IMG/VR virus record: IMGVR_UViG_3300021373_002787
Location: 1 to 64,000 of that record
Source of the DNA: a virus
Reading direction: 5' to 3' (one strand)
DNA length: 64,000 nt
The notes below the pieces were generated by a model. It ran no database searches and had not been told where the DNA came from. It saw only the letters and a program-made list of their open reading frames with translations. Of this stretch, positions 36,125-44,321 are shown piece by piece (position 1 is the first letter of the stretch; each line of letters opens with the position of its first letter). A program made the position numbers and the translations under genes.

Positions 36125-38221
36125 TTACCAAACGTAATCCATTTTTTTAATCTTAGAGATTCTGTCTTTAATTGACTTAGCGTAGTTCTTCACTTCTCTT
36201 GAATAGTAATTGCTACTATATCCTTCTTCTTCTTCACGCTTTGCTTGATTTGTATAGTCTACATATCTGTTAAAATCATCTAGAAGATTTTGCATTGCGT
36301 TTGAAGCATCTCTTAGTTTAACCTCACGGCCTTTAGGATCCTTTCCGATGATAACATCTCCCCATTTTCCTTTAGCACCAGTAGCTAAACCATCTTTAAT
36401 TTGAGAGGTAACTACATCAATTGCATTTAAGACTTCTTTATCGATAGGCATTTTAGCAGCTCTATCTGCTAGGATCATGTGGTATCTGTCAAGATTTTCT
36501 TTCTTAAAGTCTTTATCATTTTTAAACGCGATTGCTCCTTTTCTTGCAGTAGTTCTTTCATCACGTTTTGCCGAGGTAGAATATCTTGCTTTTAAAATGT
36601 CAAGATCAAGAACATATGCTCTATCAGCAAGTTCAGCTACTTTAGTAATACTTGAGATTCCAGATCCCCATGAGTCTCTAGCGTTAGATTTATTAAACCC
36701 AACAGCATCTTCTTTTTTAGATGTTTTTAATGTTCTATCTCTTGATCCTCCTAGTCTCCTTTGATATCCACTGGCAAGCCATTCATTTTTTCCATTAGTT
36801 GCACCTAATAGTGTGTTTGCGGGAATAGTTTTGTGCCAGGAGTCCGCTGCATATGGGTTCTCCTTTTCATTGGTTGTAAAATACAGATAAACCGCATTGT
36901 TTCTCTTTTCTTTTCTTGCTTCAACTGGATCCATTTCGATAATATCTACATCTTGGATTTTATCAAGTTGAATCTTTGCCATACCGTAGAACACTTTAGC
37001 AAAATCTTTTTGCATAGAGCTTGCGCCCGTTAAGATTGACTGTAACTTCATTGATTGAAATGCTTCTGCAATCATCTCTTCAGATTCATTAACTGACTCT
37101 TTTAGTGTTTCAACGAATTCATTAAATGATTCGTATATAAAATTATTTTTCATTTCTTTATTATTTTTATTATTTTTTGATTCAAATGTTCCTGTTGATG
37201 CTAGGTTGTAAAGGTGGTCGGCAATCTTTTTAGCTTTTGAACCTTTATGTCCATAAGTTGCAACTGTTTCTTCAGCCTCTTCGGGCATCATCTCTGTTAA
37301 TTCCCACGGATCAAACTCATCCATTAAATCATTTAAGATTTGTTTAGCCTCTTTTTCAAATTTATCAGCTTCGTTAACAAAAGATTCATCGAAGTTCCAT
37401 CCTGTAATTTCTTCTTCAGGGATATCAATGTAATCCATTAAATACTCTGCAAACTCTTCTGCATCATCTCTATTCTTAAATTCGAATGTATTGGCAGAAG
37501 TCATCTTACCCATTTTAGAGTAATCAACTCTAAATGCTTCACCAGCTTCTCTAGCGTATCTTACAGACACTTCAATTGCTGGCTTTTTGGATTTAGATAG
37601 GTGGGTAGGTTTTTTATGTTTTTTTAACCAATCGGTCTCGTGAAGTTGATCATCATCTTCTTCGTCTTCAACACCATCGCCGTCCTCATCATCGATTACG
37701 CTAGCATCAAGGCCAGTTCCTCTAGGTACACCAATTGTATCTGCTAGGGCTCCTGTAAGTCCTGGAGCCAGCTTTTTAGCTAGGTTTGGAGCTTTTTCCT
37801 CTAACTCTTCTTCTAGCTCTTCTGAGTTTTCTTTAATTGTAACTGGGAAAGTTTCTCCGTCAAATTCAAATTCTTCTTTACCTTCGTCTTTTGCTTTCTT
37901 AGCGGCAGCTACAAACGCTCTTCCTTCTTCAATGATTGCAATTTGCGAAAGCGCTCTTTTTCCAAATGTAGAAAGCGAGATACCTTCTTCCGAAACGTTA
38001 AAGTATTTTGTATTTCTTCTGATCCACTTTGAAGAATCTTTAGAATATTCTTTTAAGATTGCATCAAATTCTTCCTGCGTAATTTTTCCGTCGGCAATTG
38101 CTTCAAGCATTTTATTTCTAACTCTAGCGCTTTTTCCAACTTGTACTGCAGGGTGATTTTCAGTGTATCTTCTCTTAAGGGTTATTTTACTTCCCTCATT
38201 TAAAAAATCTTGAAAATTCAT
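36125..38221 (-). CDS. Large modular putative internal head polyprotein
   Basis: MNFQDFLNE start; internal FDESFVNE and YESFNEFVE junctions; late motif at 38245-38252. Confidence 0.7.
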   Translation of the reverse strand: MNFQDFLNEGSKITLKRRYTENHPAVQVGKSARVRNKMLEAIADGKITQEEFDAILKEYSKDSSKWIRRNTKYFNVSEEGISLSTFGKRALSQIAIIEEGRAFVAAAKKAKDEGKEEFEFDGETFPVTIKENSEELEEELEEKAPNLAKKLAPGLTGALADTIGVPRGTGLDASVIDDEDGDGVEDEEDDDQLHETDWLKKHKKPTHLSKSKKPAIEVSVRYAREAGEAFRVDYSKMGKMTSANTFEFKNRDDAEEFAEYLMDYIDIPEEEITGWNFDESFVNEADKFEKEAKQILNDLMDEFDPWELTEMMPEEAEETVATYGHKGSKAKKIADHLYNLASTGTFESKNNKNNKEMKNNFIYESFNEFVETLKESVNESEEMIAEAFQSMKLQSILTGASSMQKDFAKVFYGMAKIQLDKIQDVDIIEMDPVEARKEKRNNAVYLYFTTNEKENPYAADSWHKTIPANTLLGATNGKNEWLASGYQRRLGGSRDRTLKTSKKEDAVGFNKSNARDSWGSGISSITKVAELADRAYVLDLDILKARYSTSAKRDERTTARKGAIAFKNDKDFKKENLDRYHMILADRAAKMPIDKEVLNAIDVVTSQIKDGLATGAKGKWGDVIIGKDPKGREVKLRDASNAMQNLLDDFNRYVDYTNQAKREEEEGYSSNYYSREVKNYAKSIKDRISKIKKMDYVW

Positions 38222-38243
38222 ATTTAATTGTTTCTTTGTTTTT

Positions 38244-39509
38244 TTATATATCTTTCTTAACTAAGAACTGAGAAAACGTAAGAAGATTCGACTCATCGAT
38301 AGGACTCTCTTGTGTTTTTAACTTTTGATGGTTCAAATAAGTCTTAAAAGGCATTACGCTTGATTCGTTACTCTTTAACATAACAATTGCCTCAATTTTA
38401 TCGACAATTGTATTGATTTGCTCCATTAAGTCTGCATTTATAATATCAGTCTCTTTTGCTCTTTTCTTTCTAAATGAACCAATTGCAATCTTATATAGTT
38501 CTGAAAGAACCCTATTGTTTACGTATTCAATTGTCTTTTCGTTCTTGATAAATTTAGTATTCAATTCAAATTCAGGTCGATCACTAAAGTCTGCGGAATC
38601 AAAACTAACACCAACATATTTTGCTGCATTCTCATTAACATATGCGTTAAATACATTTGAAATTAGTTCAATGTATCTCTCGTCTGCTTGGTCTGATTCA
38701 AGTTGAATATTATCAACATCATATTCAGAAAAGAACTCAACTAGGTCTAATAGTGAAATTTGATATGTGTCGCTTGGTTTTCTAGACTCACTAACCTCAG
38801 TTTTTGTTCCACTAAGTTTAAAGTTTTTTACCGTCTTGCCATCAAAGAAATTAATAACTAAAGAATCAATATCTCCATCAAGATCTTCATTAAGAGCCGT
38901 CTTACTTAACGAATTATTAAAAATGTTATATGCTCTTCTGGTAAAACTTAACGCTTCATATGCTTGATTTCTTTCGGCATCACTCATTTCTAATAGTTTT
39001 ACTAGCTCATCTTTCTGATGAGAACTCAATACTCCTTTAAAAACAACCTGTGGTCTTTGAACATCTAATTTATCTGCCCATTCAAAAAGAACCTTTGGGT
39101 CTCTAATAACCTTCTTTATTAGTGTATTGTCTAGAGGGTTCATTACCTGAATATGTGTTAAGATAAGCCCGTTCTTTGGTGTTTGATCGTATTTAATGTC
39201 AATTGTTTGACTGTCTGTCATGTAGTCAAAACCAAACTTCCAGTCAAGCGGCATTTCAGCCTTTGTCACGTCGTCAACCGATTCAAAATATTTAATTGCA
39301 TTCTCATAATATTTAGCGATTGTGCGATCTACTTTATCCAACGGCTTCTTTTTACCACTCTTAAAATAGGTGTAACCAACTGAATCGTTTTGAACGTGAA
39401 ACGAAGATGCCTGTACTTTTTCAGTAACAACACATGGAGACTTTAGCATCTCCATAAAATCTTCTCTATTCGTTGATTCAAAATATGTATGTAAGCTTTG
39501 TAGTGCCAT
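38244..39509 (-). CDS. Degenerate ATP-dependent ligase-fold (Rnl-like) protein
   Basis: TEKVQAS (motif I with Lys kept), FGFDY, LILTHI, PQVVFKG, IDSLVI, FKL align in order with ligase motifs I-V. Confidence 0.5.
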   Translation of the reverse strand: MALQSLHTYFESTNREDFMEMLKSPCVVTEKVQASSFHVQNDSVGYTYFKSGKKKPLDKVDRTIAKYYENAIKYFESVDDVTKAEMPLDWKFGFDYMTDSQTIDIKYDQTPKNGLILTHIQVMNPLDNTLIKKVIRDPKVLFEWADKLDVQRPQVVFKGVLSSHQKDELVKLLEMSDAERNQAYEALSFTRRAYNIFNNSLSKTALNEDLDGDIDSLVINFFDGKTVKNFKLSGTKTEVSESRKPSDTYQISLLDLVEFFSEYDVDNIQLESDQADERYIELISNVFNAYVNENAAKYVGVSFDSADFSDRPEFELNTKFIKNEKTIEYVNNRVLSELYKIAIGSFRKKRAKETDIINADLMEQINTIVDKIEAIVMLKSNESSVMPFKTYLNHQKLKTQESPIDESNLLTFSQFLVKKDI

Positions 39510-39516
39510 AGTTTTA

Positions 39517-40632
39517 TTATTTAGCGATGTCTTCTGGTAGAGGCAGACCTGACATTCCTAGTTTAACTTCAAATTCTTTAAAGATCTCATCTCTCTTTTT
39601 AGGAAACTTAAACATTGATGAGTTAATTAAATCTCTTAAACTCTCATATGTCATTAAATCACTTACTTTTGCGCCATCGAAGAGAAGGTCTGCTATCTCT
39701 TCTGGTAGTCTTGTAATTTCTTTATCGAATTCTTTTAGTAACTTTGCGTTTTTAACCAATCCTCTCTTACCAACAAATGATTTACGAACCTTTACAACTC
39801 CTTGATTCAAGCGAATTACATATGCTTCGTACTCTTTTGTTTCTCCCTCTTCTGTTTGATCTATAATCTCAACAAATGATTTACCAATTGCCGACATTAG
39901 GAGGATGTTTCTATATGCACCTTTATATTTTGACTCGTCTTTTGTAAAGTCTGGAGAGTGGTACATAAATCTACTCCAATTAATATCTCTTGATAACATT
40001 AGGTCGACTTGACCTACTCCATTATTTGATTTACCCTCAATAGGAGCAGCGATTGATACCTGCTGGAATCCTACAGCCATTGAGGTGTCTAACCCTTTTT
40101 CTTTCAATAAATCATTCATATCGAAAAGAACTTTAGCCAGTGAAGTGTCTAAGTGTCCTGCAATCTTATCGGCAGAAACAGCAATATCAATATCTCCGCT
40201 AGTCTCTCCTGGATTCTTTTTTCCAGCGCTTCCAATAACTGCAGCATCCTCTCCGATACCAGCAATTCCAATATGAGGAAAAACATTTTTCTCGATCCAT
40301 TCTAGAGTTGCTGCAACTTCATGTTGTTCAAATGGTCTGGACTGTGCAATTGCATTACCACTTTCACTTACAAACTGTTCAAACGCAGCTGCAACATATT
40401 TACGACCGTGTTTATTATGTAATATGTCTGAGATTAGACCTTCTTTGTCAATCCCTTTAGGGTTACCAATTTTATAACTTAGCGACCACATCTTTCTTAA
40501 TTCAGCAGTTGACGTCTTTTTAAGTTTTTTGTACTCTCTGCGGATTGATTCAGGATCCCTCTTTGAAGAAAAGTTTGATCGCGGAATCTTATCTTCACTT
40601 ACAAACTGTTCAAATAATTTAACGTATTTCAT
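39517..40632 (-). CDS. Pol-beta-superfamily nucleotidyltransferase with capsid-targeting N-terminus
   Basis: IGSAGKK...SGDIDIAV (GS...DxD) plus a third Asp in QVDLM; MKYVKLFEQFVSE start. Confidence 0.75.
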   Translation of the reverse strand: MKYVKLFEQFVSEDKIPRSNFSSKRDPESIRREYKKLKKTSTAELRKMWSLSYKIGNPKGIDKEGLISDILHNKHGRKYVAAAFEQFVSESGNAIAQSRPFEQHEVAATLEWIEKNVFPHIGIAGIGEDAAVIGSAGKKNPGETSGDIDIAVSADKIAGHLDTSLAKVLFDMNDLLKEKGLDTSMAVGFQQVSIAAPIEGKSNNGVGQVDLMLSRDINWSRFMYHSPDFTKDESKYKGAYRNILLMSAIGKSFVEIIDQTEEGETKEYEAYVIRLNQGVVKVRKSFVGKRGLVKNAKLLKEFDKEITRLPEEIADLLFDGAKVSDLMTYESLRDLINSSMFKFPKKRDEIFKEFEVKLGMSGLPLPEDIAK

Positions 40633-40640
40633 CTCTATTT

Positions 40641-40994
40641 TTACTTATTATGATATTCTATTTGGTCTTTTAAAAATTCCTTAATTGTTGGAATTACATC
40701 ATCTTCAGAATTAATTTCATCAGCCCAGTTGTCATCACCAAAAACCTCTCCATTTCTAAAAAATCGAATAGATCCGTAATCACGATCATTATCTTTGTAT
40801 TTAGGTCCAGTCAGAATATAATCCATTCTATTTGCCAGAATTCCCTCTTTTTCAATAGTTGCCGGATACCCAGCCTTTTTAAGTATCTTAGCCGCTTTTC
40901 TCAGGTTTAATTTTACACCTCTATCTCTTCCTACTTCTTTAGCAGTTATCGTGTATTCACCTATAAACTGCTCAAATAATTTAACGTATCTCAT
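40641..40994 (-). CDS. Capsid-targeting-motif small protein
   Basis: MRYVKLFEQFIGE start. Confidence 0.75.
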   Translation of the reverse strand: MRYVKLFEQFIGEYTITAKEVGRDRGVKLNLRKAAKILKKAGYPATIEKEGILANRMDYILTGPKYKDNDRDYGSIRFFRNGEVFGDDNWADEINSEDDVIPTIKEFLKDQIEYHNK

Positions 40995-41022
40995 TATTAG
41001 TTGTTTGTTTTTAATTACAGTA

Positions 41023-41052
41023 CTAATATAATTAAAAAGTCTGACATAAAAA
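41023..41052 (-). promoter_or_regulatory. Putative early promoter TTTTTATGTCA-N11-TATATTAG
   Basis: Third copy with identical spacing, inside the array. Confidence 0.6.
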
Positions 41053-41060
41053 ATTCTGGC

Positions 41061-41666
41061 TTATTTTATTATGTGTTTTCTTAATTTGTCATAGTATTTA
41101 TAAAGATATTTCGGCACCATCTTTTCGAATGCTTCTCTATCATCATTTGCAAGTGCTTCTCTAGTCTTTGTACCGCTAGGTCCTCCTTCTGCTCTTGCAT
41201 CTACCATTTCTAGTTTAAAATCCGGATGTACAACCGTATCGGTCTTTGGTCCAGTAACATATTTAATCTGTGGTGTGTATGCCTTGATTCTGTCGCTTCC
41301 AGCACCTACACCAACAGTCTCATATCCTTGCTCTCTTAAGAATCTAACAAACCAAGGAATTACTGTTCTACCATAGCTATTTGGGTAAATAAAGAAATCT
41401 GCGATCTCCTTCTCGTTCTTTGCAACCTCTTGTCCAATTTGAAGTAGAAGGCTTTCTGGGAATGGAGACTCTTCACGCTTTGAAACTATTTGCATCGCAA
41501 CTACTGGCTTACCAAACATTTTGGCAGCATTTTTAAGGGCTGCGATATGTCCATTATGAAATGGCTGGAATCTACCAGGCATTACCACGACTTCAGTACC
41601 CTCAATTGGTTGAGTGGTGTCTACCGCCTCACTAATAAACTGCTCGAATAGTTTTACGTGTTTCAT
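41061..41666 (-). CDS. HxGH (cytidylyl/adenylyltransferase-like) nucleotidyltransferase with capsid-targeting N-terminus
   Basis: PGRFQPFHNGH, GAGSDR, SGTKTREAL...F..MVP; MKHVKLFEQFISE start. Confidence 0.85.
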   Translation of the reverse strand: MKHVKLFEQFISEAVDTTQPIEGTEVVVMPGRFQPFHNGHIAALKNAAKMFGKPVVAMQIVSKREESPFPESLLLQIGQEVAKNEKEIADFFIYPNSYGRTVIPWFVRFLREQGYETVGVGAGSDRIKAYTPQIKYVTGPKTDTVVHPDFKLEMVDARAEGGPSGTKTREALANDDREAFEKMVPKYLYKYYDKLRKHIIK

Positions 41667-41685
41667 CTTTTTCTTTATTTTTTGC

Positions 41686-42132
41686 TTAGCCTATATAATA
41701 GCTACTAGATTTATCTATATTAAGTTCTTTACCATAGTCATCAGTAAATGCATTGTATGGTTTTTTAGCACTTAGTGAAAATGAATTTGCGTCAATTTCT
41801 TGGATTAAGAAATGTAAAGATTCTACTCTAGCCATTCTTTCTAAACCTGGTCTAATAGTTTCTATAGCTTGGTCAATATCAAACCCATCTTTGGCGTTAA
41901 ATGTCATAAATGTTTTAGAACCTGGTTTAATTGTAACTCTACTAGTTGATAAAGATTGAATATCACTAGGTTTTACGAATTTTTTAACCGATGAAACAAA
42001 ACCCTTTGAATTTTTCCATGGCATATAATTAGTAGATGCTCCTATTCCACCTGCTCTCATTTCAGTATCGCGGTCTACTCCATAGTACTCGGCTTCATTT
42101 ACAAATTGTTCAAATAGTTTTACGTGTTTCAT
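41686..42132 (-). CDS. Capsid-targeting-motif small protein
   Basis: MKHVKLFEQFVNE start. Confidence 0.75.
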   Translation of the reverse strand: MKHVKLFEQFVNEAEYYGVDRDTEMRAGGIGASTNYMPWKNSKGFVSSVKKFVKPSDIQSLSTSRVTIKPGSKTFMTFNAKDGFDIDQAIETIRPGLERMARVESLHFLIQEIDANSFSLSAKKPYNAFTDDYGKELNIDKSSSYYIG

Positions 42133-42174
42133 TTTGATGCTATATTTTATTTAAATTAGATGTTTTCCAGCTTT

Positions 42175-42432
42175 CTAACATCTGCACATCGCATAACCTA
42201 GAACGTTTTCAACATATGATTCTAATTCTTCTATAGTAGCATATATTTCATCTGGATCTGTATTTGGATCGTAAAGACCTTTATCCATTAAATAGTCAAT
42301 AAACATGTCCATGTCTTCGTTATCCCAAACATCTCTTCCTTTCATTGTTTTAGCCCACCATTTTTTAGCCTCTTTCTCGATTTTCTTATCGGCTTCATTT
42401 ACAAATTGTTCGAATAGTTTTATGTGTTTCAT
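42175..42432 (-). CDS. Capsid-targeting-motif small protein (paralog of 42775..43023)
   Basis: MKHIKLFEQFVNE start; near-identical to the paralog. Confidence 0.8.
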   Translation of the reverse strand: MKHIKLFEQFVNEADKKIEKEAKKWWAKTMKGRDVWDNEDMDMFIDYLMDKGLYDPNTDPDEIYATIEELESYVENVLGYAMCRC

Positions 42433-42441
42433 TGCTTCTTT

Positions 42442-42756
42442 TTATCTTTTAATTTCTATATTATAATAATGTTCATTATCACCATTTTCTTTAACAACCT
42501 GTAGAGCTTTTGCACCAAAATCTTTAATAGCCTCTCTAATATCTTTTGCAATAGATTGGCCCTTCATACCTCTATATGTTATGAAAATATTTTTTGTGTC
42601 TTTAGGTCCTTTTGGAAAAGCATAAGGAACAAATTTACTTTTCATTTCTTGAGCAGTGCCATGATTCCAATCAAGTTCATTTTCAAGGTGCTTGATTAAT
42701 TCATCAACGTTTACAGATTCATTAATATATTGTTCGAATAGTTTTATGTGTTTCAT
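42442..42756 (-). CDS. Capsid-targeting-motif small protein
   Basis: MKHIKLFEQYINE start. Confidence 0.75.
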   Translation of the reverse strand: MKHIKLFEQYINESVNVDELIKHLENELDWNHGTAQEMKSKFVPYAFPKGPKDTKNIFITYRGMKGQSIAKDIREAIKDFGAKALQVVKENGDNEHYYNIEIKR

Positions 42757-42774
42757 CTTGGTGTTATATTTTAT

Positions 42775-43023
42775 TTAATAGTCAAACTCATAACCTAGAA
42801 CGTTATCAACATATGATTCTAGTTCTTCTCTAGTATCACTTAGTTCATCTGAATTTGGATCTACTAGACCTTTATCCATTAAATAGTCGATGAACATGTC
42901 CATGTCTTCGGCATCCCAAGAATCTCTTCCCTTCATTGTTTTAGCCCACCATGTTTTAGCCTCTTTCTCGATTTTCTTATCGGCTTCATTTACAAATTGT
43001 TCAAATAGCTTTACGTGTTTCAT
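42775..43023 (-). CDS. Capsid-targeting-motif small protein (paralog of 42175..42432)
   Basis: MKHVKLFEQFVNE start. Confidence 0.8.
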   Translation of the reverse strand: MKHVKLFEQFVNEADKKIEKEAKTWWAKTMKGRDSWDAEDMDMFIDYLMDKGLVDPNSDELSDTREELESYVDNVLGYEFDY

Positions 43024-43031
43024 TTTACTCC

Positions 43032-44321
43032 TTATTTTTTGTATGCTAAGATACTTCTAATTTGATGGATTGGTGCAAAAATACCAGTGTACTTATAGAC
43101 TTTACCTTTATAAACAAATGTAATACCTTCGGTAGGTACAATGTTCTCTAATCCTCCAACTGCTGCAACTCTACTTAATTCATGTTCAAGTTTTTCAACA
43201 TCTGTCGCATCTCCATTTTTTCTAATAGTATTAATAGCAGTCTCGATCTCTTTGCGCATCTGCTCTCCAGCCTGTGTTGGGTTTGCGGATAAGAAAGCCT
43301 CCATATGTTGCATCATCTCTGTACCAACCTCTAGGAAAAGATTTTCAAGAGGAGCATAGATTTGCTTCTTAATCATCTTTTCATTCTTTTTCTCGAAATC
43401 ACTGTACTCCTTTGTTAAATCGGGACCCATGTCCTTTTTCATTTTAGCAACACTATATGATTTGTTGATCCCTCCAAGTCGATTAGCAATTCCTTCAATT
43501 GACTCTTCTGGAATATCTATGTCAAGTCCTCTAACGACGTTAACCGCTCTACCAACGACAAAATCCTGTACTGTTGAATTTAAGTTAATACCTGCATCCT
43601 GCATGATACCTTTTAGTTTGTCATTATAATACTTTGCTCTCGCTTTGGTATTCTTAAATGGCTTGATAGGAATATCCTGTGGTCCACGAACATAGAACAT
43701 CTCTTGTGCTGCAGCGTTTGCGTCTGCTATCATCTTACCAAGATCTCTACCGGCTTGTTTATCTTCTCCAACTACTTTTCCATCAATGTCGTATTCTACA
43801 ATACCATGAAATACTAGAAGGTCTTGACCATAAGGAACTGTGTTCTGTGTTACTGGAGTCATAATTTCGACGCTTGCGAATTTTGTACCTTCACCAAACA
43901 TCTTTTCTTTATCACCAGGAGAAAGGGCTCCAATTGAAGCACTTAGATCGCGCATTGCTGTGTTGTATGCAATTTCAATGTCTCCTCTGTCTTTGAATTT
44001 TGCGGCAAGATCGGCTGCTGTCATTGCGTTTTCACCAGCATTCTTAAGATGACTCTTATTTCTTGCAGCAATTAGTTGACCATTCTTCCATGAAATTGAA
44101 AGCTGCTGTCCGTCAGTTTTTTCTTGAACGAAGTTTTCTGGACCAAATGCTCCTTGAACTGTAGCATCAATCATATCTTTTACATCCGCCATTGTTAAAC
44201 CTAAGTCTTCAAACGGATGGGTAAGGTGGCCATATGCTCCACCTTCAAATAACGGTTCGAGGTCAGTATTTCTGACCTCTCTTTCCGTTAAAAATTCTTC
44301 GTATGTATATAATTTATTCAT
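43032..44321 (-). CDS. ATP-dependent ligase-fold (KxDG) protein with capsid-targeting-like N-terminus
   Basis: EKTDG (I), SVEIM (III), LVFHG (IIIa), EGITF (IV), YKYTG (V); EGGAYGHLTHPFED leader; MNKLYTYEEFLTE start. Confidence 0.65.
   Translation of the reverse strand: MNKLYTYEEFLTEREVRNTDLEPLFEGGAYGHLTHPFEDLGLTMADVKDMIDATVQGAFGPENFVQEKTDGQQLSISWKNGQLIAARNKSHLKNAGENAMTAADLAAKFKDRGDIEIAYNTAMRDLSASIGALSPGDKEKMFGEGTKFASVEIMTPVTQNTVPYGQDLLVFHGIVEYDIDGKVVGEDKQAGRDLGKMIADANAAAQEMFYVRGPQDIPIKPFKNTKARAKYYNDKLKGIMQDAGINLNSTVQDFVVGRAVNVVRGLDIDIPEESIEGIANRLGGINKSYSVAKMKKDMGPDLTKEYSDFEKKNEKMIKKQIYAPLENLFLEVGTEMMQHMEAFLSANPTQAGEQMRKEIETAINTIRKNGDATDVEKLEHELSRVAAVGGLENIVPTEGITFVYKGKVYKYTGIFAPIHQIRSILAYKK

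Noticed and set aside
33944-43023. Regularly recurring ~40-bp repeat resembling a CRISPR array or attC sites
   Set aside because: Spacing is gene-sized and irregular, the repeats encode protein N-termini and are not palindromic, and no cas or integrase gene is present.
42175-43023. Near-identical pair as a diversity-generating retroelement TR/VR
   Set aside because: No reverse transcriptase in the window, and both copies are complete ORFs; simple duplication explains it.
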